In this document: one piece after another, positions 7,637-15,679 of the stretch
Layout of the letters: each line of letters begins with the position of its first letter
How positions within the stretch are numbered: position 1 is the first letter of the stretch
UHGV virus genome: UHGV-0040013
Length of the DNA stretch: 38,815 bases
Origin: a virus
Strand: one strand, 5' to 3'
The notes under the pieces: generated by a model
Told to the model about the DNA's origin: nothing
What the model saw: only the letters and a program-made list of their open reading frames with translations
The model's database searches: none
Position numbers and translations under genes: made by a program

Positions 7637-8448
7637 AAGCAATCGCAATTCTAAATTTGAAAGGCGGTGTCGGAAAGACCGTCACTGCCGTCAACATGGC
7701 CCACATCCTGGCCGCCGATCACAAACAGCGTGTGCTCCTGGCTGACTGCGACAGCCAGTGCAACGCGACGGAGTTCTTCGGTGTGCGGCCCGGAATTGGA
7801 ACGGTCACGCTGGCCGACATTCTGCGCGGCGACTTCGAACCGTACGTCTCGGAGCTGGTCACCGGAACGGATTATCCTGGCGTCGATGTGATCCCCGGCT
7901 CCGATGAGCTAATGGACATGGATATGTCCCAAATCACCAGCCAGCGCGTCAACGGCCGTGTCCTTGCGGATCTGTGCTGCACAATCGGTGAGGATGACGA
8001 GTACGACTACGTCCTGTTTGACTGCCCGCCAGCCTTTAATGCAGCGAGCGCCGCGGCGCTGCTGGCTGCGGATGAGGTCATCATCCCGATCAAGCTCGAC
8101 GCCTTTTCCATCCGAGGGCTGGCCAATGTCAGCCGCCAGATCGACAACATGCAGCGTATCAACCCAAAGATCCGCGTTGCCGGGGCGCTCATCACCATGT
8201 GGCGCAACGTACCCGTCGTGCTGGAGGCCGAGGGCAGTCTCCGCGACTGCGGCCTGCTGCCGGTATTTCAGACGGTCATTCGCCGCACCGACAAGGTCGA
8301 CGAGATGACCTTCGAGCGCAAGCCCATCGCCATCTATTCCCCGCGCAGCGCCGCTGGCTATGATTACCGTAGCTTTGTGCAGGAGTACTTGGAGCCGCCC
8401 GTCACAATGGACGATATGCTGAGAGGAGGCGTTGACCGTGCCGTTTGA
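7633..8448 (+). CDS. parA: ParA/Soj-family partition ATPase
   Basis: Deviant Walker A KGGVGKT at N-terminus (MKAIAILNLKGGVGKTVTAVN), typical ParA length 271 aa. Confidence 0.9.
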   Translation: MKAIAILNLKGGVGKTVTAVNMAHILAADHKQRVLLADCDSQCNATEFFGVRPGIGTVTLADILRGDFEPYVSELVTGTDYPGVDVIPGSDELMDMDMSQITSQRVNGRVLADLCCTIGEDDEYDYVLFDCPPAFNAASAAALLAADEVIIPIKLDAFSIRGLANVSRQIDNMQRINPKIRVAGALITMWRNVPVVLEAEGSLRDCGLLPVFQTVIRRTDKVDEMTFERKPIAIYSPRSAAGYDYRSFVQEYLEPPVTMDDMLRGGVDRAV

Positions 8449-9520
8449 TGTGAGCCGTATTTTGCAGGACGCCGCACCTGCACCGAAAGATATGACGCTG
8501 CCGGAAACAGGGCCGCGGACGGCAGAGACCATCGGCAGCGAGATCCGCTATCTGTCCCATCAGGCCAAGTGCATGACGGTCTGGTTCGGAGTGGAGATCG
8601 GCAAGCGCCTTGCCGAGGCAAAGGCTATGGTCGGACACGGCGGATGGCTCGATTTTCTGAAAAACGAAACGGAGTTTTCAAAATCTTCCGCTGCGAGATT
8701 TATGCAGATTGCCAAGGAATATGGCAATAATTCAAATTTCCCAACGTTGGGAAATTTGAGCGTGTCGAACGCTTTACAGCTGCTCGCGGTGCCCGCCGAA
8801 GAGCGCGAAGAGTTCGCCGAGGCGGTCGATGCGGAGAATCTTTCCGCCCGCGAGCTGGAACAGGCTATCCGGGAGCGCGACGAGGCACGGAAGCAGCTGG
8901 AGGCCGAGCGCGCGGCCAGTGAGGGCACGGCGCTGAAACTGGCCAACATCACCTCCGCCCTCGATGCGGAGAAGGAAAAGACAGCAGCACTTCGGGAGCG
9001 CACCGACGCGCAGGCCGCGAAGATCACGGAACTGGAAAACCGACCGGTCGAGGTCGCCGTGCAGGCGGCAGACCCGGCGGAGATCGAAAAGGCTGTTGCG
9101 GATGCGCTGGCCGAGGCGGAGAAAAAGCACAAGGCCGACGTCGCTGCGCTGGAAAAGCGCCGCAAGGAGGCCGAGAAGAAGCAGGCGGAGCTTCAGGCCG
9201 AAGCTGCGAAGGCCATGGCCGACCTGAAAAACAGCACAGGCCGCGCCGATGAGCTGAAGCACCGCGTCGAGACGCTTCAGTCCGAACTTGAAGCCGCAAA
9301 GGCAAACGCCGAGAAGCTTCAGAAGGTAGGGGTGATCCAGTCGGACGCGGACATTGCCGTCTTTCAGAGCTTCTTTCAGGCGGTGCAGGAAAACTTCAAC
9401 CGCGCCTGCGGCCTGATGCAGAAGGTCAAGACTCGCGACGCGGAGAAGGCCGCGAAGCTGGCCCGGTTCAGCCGGGACGCGCTGGCCAAGATGGCGGCGC
9501 TGGTCGAAAAGGAGGCGTGA
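8438..9520 (+). CDS. DUF3102-like N-terminal domain plus long Ala/Glu/Lys-rich coiled coil; probable ParB-like partner of ParA
   Basis: Start at GTG 8438 (GAGAGGAGG SD 8 nt upstream); N-terminal ...EIRYLSHQAKCMTVWFGVEIGKRLAEAKAMVGHGGWLDFLKNE... then about 200 aa of heptad-like AEKK repeats. Position immediately after parA. Confidence 0.65.
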   Translation: MPFDVSRILQDAAPAPKDMTLPETGPRTAETIGSEIRYLSHQAKCMTVWFGVEIGKRLAEAKAMVGHGGWLDFLKNETEFSKSSAARFMQIAKEYGNNSNFPTLGNLSVSNALQLLAVPAEEREEFAEAVDAENLSARELEQAIRERDEARKQLEAERAASEGTALKLANITSALDAEKEKTAALRERTDAQAAKITELENRPVEVAVQAADPAEIEKAVADALAEAEKKHKADVAALEKRRKEAEKKQAELQAEAAKAMADLKNSTGRADELKHRVETLQSELEAAKANAEKLQKVGVIQSDADIAVFQSFFQAVQENFNRACGLMQKVKTRDAEKAAKLARFSRDALAKMAALVEKEA

Positions 9521-9523
9521 CGG

Positions 9524-9847
9524 ATGGATGTGTTTGATAAGATCCGCGCGCAGCAGCCGGAGCAGCGCACGCCGGTCTGGATGGTCGGCGAACAGCTGGC
9601 CGACATCATCCGGCACGACCCCGCCGCGCAGGAGATCGTCAGCCGTGACCTCGATGCTGCGGGCATGAGCCTCGCTGACTGCGAGAAGAAGATCAAGGCA
9701 TTCGCCGATGCGCACAAAACCAGAAACTTTGCGTGCGTCATTCCGGCCGAAGCGGAAAAGATCATCCGCGAGTTTTACGGCATCGCCGAGCTTGGCGCGG
9801 CGTCCTCCGAGGAGGGCGTCGTGCTGAACCTCGAAGATTACTTCTGA
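9524..9847 (+). CDS. hypothetical protein, possibly PcfK-like (tentative)
   Basis: 107 aa, directly upstream of a large HCV-motif protein; pairing PcfK/PcfJ recalled from plasmid/phage annotations; assignment from memory only. Confidence 0.55.
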   Translation: MDVFDKIRAQQPEQRTPVWMVGEQLADIIRHDPAAQEIVSRDLDAAGMSLADCEKKIKAFADAHKTRNFACVIPAEAEKIIREFYGIAELGAASSEEGVVLNLEDYF

Positions 9848-9858
9848 GGAGGCGCGGC

Positions 9859-11682
9859 ATGGATATTTTAGAGGATCTGGTGAGCCGGCTTCCCACAAAA
9901 CCACGCGACGGGATGCTTCAGGCTGTGGCATCTGACTACATCGACAGTGACCTTGGCGGCGAGCTGCTGATTTACGCCCGCGAATCGTATTACCCGGATG
10001 AGGATGCTCCTCAATGGTGGTCCGACGAACCCGCGCGAGGCCGCTGGGGTGCAAGATGCACTTGCACGGCCTGCTGCGAGGACTTCTGGGCCGGATGGAT
10101 CAAGGGCGGCGGCGTGGCGATGGTCGTCGGAGACGACGGAAGTGCGTGGCCGGGCATCCCGGACAAAGAAAGCGCGGATGTGGTTGGCTGGACGGACGAA
10201 CACGACAATCTCTACTGCCCGATGTGCGGCGCCTCCGTGCATCCGGTGCATCGGAAGAAACTGCGCAACGGACGCACCTATCAGCTGATGACCGGCAGCA
10301 TCGAGCGCGTCGGAGATCTCGCAGTCGCCATGAGCTGGATCGTGTCCCGGCGCGTTGATGAGTTCGGGCTGTGGGACATGGACGTCCGGCCATTTGGCGC
10401 GATGGTGCTGCTGCCCAATGGCCACATGAAGCGGTACATGCACGAAACGGTCAACGCCTCCGGCGGCATGAACAGCCTGCCGGACTGGCGGCCGGTCAAC
10501 AGCCGGGATGACCCGTATCAGATCAAGTATTACAGTCACGAGGCTACAAACTCGCGCAAATTTGGTGTTGTGATGTGGCGCGACCTGCCGGAGCTGACTG
10601 GATCGACCGCCGAAAAAACGGGGTTGGCCGAATACATCCGCGCAGGCGGTGATTGGCCTGTCGTGTATCTGGAACTCTGGAAGAAGCGCCCGGCTGTCGA
10701 GAATCTGATGAAATGCGGCATGGCCCGCATGATCGTCGGGCGGATCGACGACTGCGTCAACTGGGCCGCGAACTACGGGTTCCGCAAGACGACCGTGGAG
10801 GTCGGAGACCTTGCGGACTGGAACTTCAAAAAGCCGCGGGAGATGCTGCATTTCACAAAAGAAGAGGTCGCCGCCTGCGGCGGATGGCGCTGGACGGCAG
10901 ACATCGCCGCGCTCTGGATGGAGGGCGTCAACTTCGGCCTTTGGGGCACCGGGTGTGCGGGCGAGTTTGACCGGCTGCTCAAGAAGTTCGGGAAGGAGAA
11001 CATCAGCCGCTATGTGGGCGAGGACACGGACGGATACGACTTCGAACCGCTGCCGAAGTGGGAGGCATACCTCGAAAAGCAGCTTGAAAAGCACGGCCTT
11101 CCGCTCCGGAATGGTTTCGGCCTACTGATCGACTATCGCAAGGAGCTTGCCGAGCAGGTGGACGCTCCGGGGGCGGAGGAACTGTGGCCGCGCGACCTGC
11201 GCGCCGCGCATGACCGGATCTTCGCCGCGAAAAAACAGCGGGAGGACAAAGACAGCATCGCGAACTTCCTCGCGGTCGCAAAGAAGTGGGCGGCGCTGGA
11301 ATGGTCGGACGGAGAGATCTGCATCCGGCTTCCGCGCTGCAACGGCGATCTGGTGCGCGAGGGACACTTCCTGCACCACTGCGTCGGCGGCTACGGCAAG
11401 CAGCACCTGACCGGCAATCTGATTTTGTTTGTGCGCCATGCACGCCGGCCGGAACGGAGCTGGTTCACCCTCAACATCAGTGTCACAAAAGACAAGCCGA
11501 CGCGAATTCAGCTCCACGGTTACGGCAACGAGTGGGCGCACGGCGAGCGTCTGACCATCCCACAGCGGGTGCTGGACTTCGTCGACCGCTGGGAGACGGA
11601 GATCCTGCTCCCGGCCTTCCGGCAGGTCAAGGCTGCAGAGCTGGCCGCGAAGCCGGTTGGACGGAAGCGGGGTGCGGCATGA
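9859..11682 (+). CDS. large hypothetical protein, probably PcfJ-like (C-terminal HCV motif: HFLHHCVGGYGKQH)
   Basis: ATG 9859 with GAGGAGG SD (longest ORF from 9733 lacks SD); 607 aa; conserved-looking HCV motif near C-terminus as in PcfJ-like family (recalled, not searched). Confidence 0.65.
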   Translation: MDILEDLVSRLPTKPRDGMLQAVASDYIDSDLGGELLIYARESYYPDEDAPQWWSDEPARGRWGARCTCTACCEDFWAGWIKGGGVAMVVGDDGSAWPGIPDKESADVVGWTDEHDNLYCPMCGASVHPVHRKKLRNGRTYQLMTGSIERVGDLAVAMSWIVSRRVDEFGLWDMDVRPFGAMVLLPNGHMKRYMHETVNASGGMNSLPDWRPVNSRDDPYQIKYYSHEATNSRKFGVVMWRDLPELTGSTAEKTGLAEYIRAGGDWPVVYLELWKKRPAVENLMKCGMARMIVGRIDDCVNWAANYGFRKTTVEVGDLADWNFKKPREMLHFTKEEVAACGGWRWTADIAALWMEGVNFGLWGTGCAGEFDRLLKKFGKENISRYVGEDTDGYDFEPLPKWEAYLEKQLEKHGLPLRNGFGLLIDYRKELAEQVDAPGAEELWPRDLRAAHDRIFAAKKQREDKDSIANFLAVAKKWAALEWSDGEICIRLPRCNGDLVREGHFLHHCVGGYGKQHLTGNLILFVRHARRPERSWFTLNISVTKDKPTRIQLHGYGNEWAHGERLTIPQRVLDFVDRWETEILLPAFRQVKAAELAAKPVGRKRGAA

Positions 11683-11855
11683 TGGCAAAAAAGAAGCGGC
11701 GGACTCTCCCGCCGCCATCTCCTGGGACGGAATGTTATAACCTTCTGTGCCCGTATCGGCACAACAGCACACAGGCGGTTTACAGCTGCGCGATGGTTCG
11801 CCTCTGCGCGGCACGGAAACTGGAAAGGAGCAGAAAGCATGGAGATGAACCCTAA
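11679..11855 (+). CDS. small Cys-rich protein (58 aa)
   Basis: ATGA overlap with preceding stop; CYNLLCPYRH...CAMVRLCAAR; low confidence, very high GC region. Confidence 0.35.
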   Translation: MMAKKKRRTLPPPSPGTECYNLLCPYRHNSTQAVYSCAMVRLCAARKLERSRKHGDEP

Positions 11856-12057
11856 CAAACTGGTCAAGGCGCTGCGGCGGTGCGCAAACGGTGAATCTGA
11901 GGATTGCCCGTTTGCTGGGTATGGTGTATGCGGATGCCCGGAAATGAGCGCCGACCAGATCGAGCGCGACCAGAAGGAGATTGCCGAGCTGAAAGCGAAG
12001 GTGGAGCAGTATCGGGCGCTCGTTCCGTCGTGGGTGATTCCGAAGGAGGATGTATGA
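11839..12057 (+). CDS. hypothetical small protein (72 aa)
   Basis: GGAAAGGAGCAGAAAGC SD then ATG 11839; Cys cluster CANGESEDCPFAGYGVCGCPE. Confidence 0.5.
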   Translation: MEMNPNKLVKALRRCANGESEDCPFAGYGVCGCPEMSADQIERDQKEIAELKAKVEQYRALVPSWVIPKEDV

Positions 12058-12380
12058 AAATCTACATAGCCGGGAAGATCACAGGCGATCCGGATTACCG
12101 GGCGAAATTTGCAGATGCACAGCGTCAGATCGAGGCGCAGGGGCACATCGTGCTCAATCCGGCCACGCTGCCGGAGGGCATGGAACCGAAGGACTATATG
12201 CGCATCTGCTTCGCCATGATCGATGTGGCGGACAGGGTTCTGTTTTTGCGGGATTGGTTCCTCAGCACTGGTGCTCAGATAGAAATGAGCTACTGCGACT
12301 ACATCGGGAAAAAGTACATTCTGGCGTCAATTGCGGAATGGATTCAACGTCGGAAGAAGGAGGATAATCATGAAAATTGA
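12054..12380 (+). CDS. DUF4406-like / nucleoside 2-deoxyribosyltransferase-like small protein
   Basis: GAAGGAGGA SD; N-terminus MKIYIAGKITGDPDY typical of the DUF4406 (deoxyribosyltransferase-like fold) family as I recall it. Confidence 0.5.
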   Translation: MKIYIAGKITGDPDYRAKFADAQRQIEAQGHIVLNPATLPEGMEPKDYMRICFAMIDVADRVLFLRDWFLSTGAQIEMSYCDYIGKKYILASIAEWIQRRKKEDNHEN

Positions 12381-12681
12381 ATTTTATATTCCAAGCGACG
12401 AGTTCATCCCATCCACGCTGCGGCTCAAGGTTGATGACGAAATTGATGTTTACTACGAAAAGTTGCAAACTGATTTCGGCTATAGATTCAGCTTTTTCAA
12501 GTTTCAGCAAGGCGTATCAAGGGAAACGGCAACGGAAATCGTGAACCAGATCGTTGCTCGTATGGTATCGCAATCTTATGACCACGGTTCGCAGTGGCGG
12601 GAAAACGGTGTCCGGCACATCGTTGAGAACGACTACGAACTGAACATCACGGTTTTCTTCCGCGTGCGCGACGCAGGATAA
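12370..12681 (+). CDS. hypothetical protein (103 aa)
   Basis: GAAGAAGGAGGA SD, ATG 12370; no motif. Confidence 0.55.
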   Translation: MKIEFYIPSDEFIPSTLRLKVDDEIDVYYEKLQTDFGYRFSFFKFQQGVSRETATEIVNQIVARMVSQSYDHGSQWRENGVRHIVENDYELNITVFFRVRDAG

Positions 12682-12693
12682 GGAGGACTAAGG

Positions 12694-13155
12694 ATGGAAC
12701 GACTGACCTTTGAGGGAAACTTCTGCGATATTGCGCGGTGCGGGTATCCAACGTGCCCATACAAGGATGGTTGCAGCCAAAAGCAGGTCTGGGAGCGGCT
12801 CAAACAGTATGAGGACACCAAACGGACACCGGAGCAGATCGAGGCATTGGAAGCGGCACTCATGGGCAAGGCAGTCGCACAGATTATGGAGTTCGAGGGC
12901 CTGCCGATTGCCCGCCTGCGGGAGCTGGCCGTGGCCGACAAGGACGGGCGGTGCGTCGTGCTGCCGTGCAAGGAGGGGACGACGGTGTACTGCATCAGCC
13001 TCCCGATTGCGACGTACCCAGATAAAAGTAAACCGGAAGTTGTGCCAATCGCCTTTACTCGAAACGATTTACTCAAGTTCGGGTCAAGAGTTTTCCTGAC
13101 GCGCGAAGAAGCTGAAAAGGCGCTGGCGGAAATGGAGGGCAAGAAGGATGAATAG
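12694..13155 (+). CDS. hypothetical protein (153 aa), Cys-rich N-terminus
   Basis: GGAGGACTAAGG SD; no motif recognised. Confidence 0.6.
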   Translation: MERLTFEGNFCDIARCGYPTCPYKDGCSQKQVWERLKQYEDTKRTPEQIEALEAALMGKAVAQIMEFEGLPIARLRELAVADKDGRCVVLPCKEGTTVYCISLPIATYPDKSKPEVVPIAFTRNDLLKFGSRVFLTREEAEKALAEMEGKKDE

Positions 13156-13372
13156 GAGCATAACCAAAGCCCAACGGGCGGAACTCGAAGAAGCCTGCAC
13201 GTTTGGCGTTGAAGATGCACACGACCTGCTCCGGAAATACACCGGAATTGAGGCTAGGCCATACACCGCATACTTGTACTACGACGAGAACGGGGACTTT
13301 GTCGGTTCCAGTGACAATAATGGACTGAACGATCTTCTGGAAGAAGCAAATGTGGAGGTGCGGGATGGATAA
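13148..13372 (+). CDS. hypothetical protein (74 aa)
   Basis: Overlaps previous stop; SD GGAGGGCAAGAAGG. Confidence 0.5.
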   Translation: MNRSITKAQRAELEEACTFGVEDAHDLLRKYTGIEARPYTAYLYYDENGDFVGSSDNNGLNDLLEEANVEVRDG

Positions 13373-13805
13373 GTTAAAGCCGTGCCCGTTTTGCGGCGGC
13401 ACAAAACTCAAAATAGAACGAAAGTCGCGGCTTGCCGGGTGGAATGGTCTTGATATGCGCGTAGAAATGCACACCTATTCTGTCCGATGCAACACCTGCC
13501 ACGCGCGTGGAGGCGCTATTGGTGGTCGTGTTATGAATGATCCGTGGACACGCTGCTCTCAGCTTCCAGACTGGGCTACGACGGACAAAACTCTAGAAGC
13601 AAAAGCCGCCGATGCATGGAACAGGAGGGTAAATGATGCGCCGGTGCGGCATGGACACTGGATTAAAGATGACTTTTTCTCTGATGAGGTAAACAACGGT
13701 GAAAAATGCAGTCAGTGCGGCGAACTGATTGGATGGTTCGGAAATCTACCGAAATATTGCCCCGGATGCGGCGCTCTGATGGATGGAGGGAAAGAAAATG
13801 GATGA
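13365..13805 (+). CDS. Lar-family restriction-alleviation-like zinc-ribbon protein (extended, second C-terminal Zn-ribbon)
   Basis: GGAGGTG SD; N-terminus MDKLKPCPFCGG...C..C matches the Lar-family KPCPFCG signature; C-terminal CSQCG...CPGCG. Confidence 0.55.
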   Translation: MDKLKPCPFCGGTKLKIERKSRLAGWNGLDMRVEMHTYSVRCNTCHARGGAIGGRVMNDPWTRCSQLPDWATTDKTLEAKAADAWNRRVNDAPVRHGHWIKDDFFSDEVNNGEKCSQCGELIGWFGNLPKYCPGCGALMDGGKENG

Positions 13806-14082
13806 CGAATATATCCGGCGCGAGGATGCGCTGCGCGCCGTGCAAAGGCAAAGAGGCGCGAACAGAAGCCCTGCGCAAAATGAAATGCTCAACAGAATTA
13901 AGACTGATATAATTCGTGCGCCAGCCGCCGACGTTGCGCCGGTGGTGCGCTGCAAGGACTGCGAGCATGCGCGTGATCTCGGTTTTCAATTCGGCAGTCT
14001 GGTGCATGAGTCGTGGTTTTGCATATACAATGGGCCTCACACCACAGGCGCAAATGATTTTTGCAGCCACGGGCAAAAATGA
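13798..14082 (+). CDS. hypothetical protein (94 aa) with CxxC...C..H cluster
   Basis: GGAGGGAAAGAAA SD; VVRCKDCEHARD...FCSHG. Confidence 0.5.
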   Translation: MDDEYIRREDALRAVQRQRGANRSPAQNEMLNRIKTDIIRAPAADVAPVVRCKDCEHARDLGFQFGSLVHESWFCIYNGPHTTGANDFCSHGQK

Positions 14083-14101
14083 GAGGAAGGAGAAATTGAA
14101 G

Positions 14102-14269
14102 ATGATCCTTGATATTTTGAATCTGCTGGCGCTGATCGAATGGATCGCGCTGGGCATTGTTGTTTGGCTCAAGGCGCGGAGCCTGTATCGCCGCTCGAAA
14201 GCGGTGCTGGACGCGCTGCAATCGGAAGAAACGGAGGTTTATGAAAATGACGCGGAAACGCTGCTGTAA
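14102..14269 (+). CDS. small membrane protein (55 aa)
   Basis: GAGGAAGGAGAAA SD; TM helix LNLLALIEWIALGIVVWL. Confidence 0.4.
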   Translation: MILDILNLLALIEWIALGIVVWLKARSLYRRSKAVLDALQSEETEVYENDAETLL

Positions 14270-14468
14270 ATTGCTGATGGCCTGCGGAGCCACCAGGAAC
14301 GAAGCAAACCAAGCTATGCGCTTTGCACACAAAGTGTACAATTGCACAAACTACGAATGTCTCTACCTCGCATTGAAGCCGCTGCTGTACTTGCAAACCC
14401 TTCGCAACCGACCTGGCGTTCCCAACACAGTTCTTAAAGCATTTGGTATCAATCCGGACGAATTATAA
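14241..14468 (+). CDS. hypothetical protein (75 aa)
   Basis: ACGGAGG SD, ATG 14241. Confidence 0.45.
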   Translation: MKMTRKRCCKLLMACGATRNEANQAMRFAHKVYNCTNYECLYLALKPLLYLQTLRNRPGVPNTVLKAFGINPDEL

Positions 14469-14589
14469 ATGATTTGGACTTTTGCCCGCGCGGGATGCCA
14501 TTGCCGTGGCGGGGAGGATCAGCCGGATGATATAGCCAGCCCGGATCTCCGGGCTGGCACACAAAGAAAGGGATGATAACATCAGTCGA

Positions 14590-15300
14590 GTGATAGAGCT
14601 TCAGGCCGGGACGCGGTTCCGAGCCATTGAGCTGGCCGCGGCTCCGCAGCAAAAGCGGACGCGGGCGTCGCGGCAATTTGAGACGAGCCTTGTACGGGAA
14701 GCCGTGAACATTAAGACCGCCTGCATGCGGTTGGAATTTCTGCTTTATGCAAACTTTGCACTGGATGATTGGTTCGTGACACTGACCTATGACGAGGATT
14801 TTCTTCCACCGAACTATGAGACGGCCCGGAAGAATCAGCCGGCCTACTTCCGCAGGCTGCGGCAGGCGCGCCGGGCAGAAGATCTTCCATTTGATTATGT
14901 GTACGTTATGGAGGGCCTGCACGGCGACCATCGCATTCATCACCATTTCGTTACCAAGCGTGCACCGGGCAACGACATCGCCCTATTCCGTGAACTGTGG
15001 GGCAAGGGCTTTGTCGATGTGCAGACCATTGAGGAGTTCGGCGGCTATCGCGCCGTCGCGCAGTACATGACCAAGGAGCCGCGCAAAACCGGCAAACTCC
15101 GGGTCGGCGCTCGGATGTGGACACCAAGTATCGGGCTGGTACAGCCGGAGCGGCACGACATCGAGCTTGCACCGGGCGAGCACTACTCGCCGCCGCCGGG
15201 CGCTTCGGCCTTCGAGGGTGGAAAGTTCCCGGAACGTATCGAAAACTGTTACGGAACCTTTGTGACCTACGATTTCGAAATCCCGGCTTTACAAACTTAA
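14590..15300 (+). CDS. rep: HUH-superfamily rolling-circle replication initiator, Rep_1 (pC194/pUB110)-like
   Basis: All three RCR motifs in order: motif I FVTLTYDEDF, motif II (HUH) HGDHRIHHHFVT, motif III AQYMTKEPRK (catalytic Tyr-x-x-Lys); 236 aa matches Rep_1 size. Start GTG 14590 uncertain. Confidence 0.6.
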   Translation: MIELQAGTRFRAIELAAAPQQKRTRASRQFETSLVREAVNIKTACMRLEFLLYANFALDDWFVTLTYDEDFLPPNYETARKNQPAYFRRLRQARRAEDLPFDYVYVMEGLHGDHRIHHHFVTKRAPGNDIALFRELWGKGFVDVQTIEEFGGYRAVAQYMTKEPRKTGKLRVGARMWTPSIGLVQPERHDIELAPGEHYSPPPGASAFEGGKFPERIENCYGTFVTYDFEIPALQT

Positions 15301-15315
15301 TATCTATATTTTGAC

Positions 15316-15564
15316 TTGAAACAATATATAAATACTGGGAAGGAGCGACAAAAGGACTTGCAATCTGAGAAACGGCGTGATATACTGTTAGTGTCAGCAG
15401 ACGGGAAGTTGATTTGCCCGTTGTGCGGGCGGCCGACGCAGCAGCGTGTGCGGCCGACGACCGTGCTGACAGACTTCCCGCTGTACTGCAAGCTGTGCAA
15501 GCGAGAGTCGATCGTTAATATGAGCCAGAGCCAAAACCATCGAGTTAGTGCCAGCGCCAAATGA
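15316..15564 (+). CDS. small zinc-ribbon protein (start uncertain; may begin at internal TTG about 15406)
   Basis: C-terminal LICPLCGRP...YCKLCKRES; a strong internal promoter-like TTGCAA-17-TG-TATACT (15356-15387) lies inside the longest ORF, suggesting the real gene is the C-terminal about 50 aa. Confidence 0.35.
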   Translation: MKQYINTGKERQKDLQSEKRRDILLVSADGKLICPLCGRPTQQRVRPTTVLTDFPLYCKLCKRESIVNMSQSQNHRVSASAK

Positions 15565-15606
15565 TTTGACCGTGAAAACGGAGAATCGTTTGGCGCTTTT
15601 GTTTTG
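15553..15606 (+). terminator. Rho-independent terminator 1 (stem AGCGCCAAA/TTTGGCGCT with structured loop, then TTTTGTTTTG)
   Basis: Inverted repeat read from sequence followed by T-run. Confidence 0.45.
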
Positions 15607-15632
15607 CACCCGAGGTGATAGCCGGATGGCAC

Positions 15633-15676
15633 GAGCGCCATGATCTCCGTCGTGAGGTCATGGCGCTTTTTGTTTG
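15633..15676 (+). terminator. Rho-independent terminator 2 (13-bp stem GCGCCATGATCTC/GAGGTCATGGCGC, loop CGTCGT, then TTTTTGTTTG)
   Basis: Near-perfect 13-bp inverted repeat plus T-run; shares the motif TGGCGCTTTT(T)GTTT with terminator 1 (direct repeat 15590-15606 / 15660-15676). Confidence 0.7.
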
Positions 15677-15679
15677 TCC

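Noticed and set aside
6122-7648. 508-aa minus-strand ORF antisense to the DnaB helicase gene
   Set aside because: Arg/Ala/Gly-rich low-complexity translation with no SD or motif; typical spurious antisense ORF in high-GC DNA opposite a well-supported gene.
8774-10054. 426-aa minus-strand ORF antisense to the DUF3102/PcfK/PcfJ region
   Set aside because: Same high-GC artefact; Leu/Arg/Gly-rich, overlaps three well-supported plus-strand genes.
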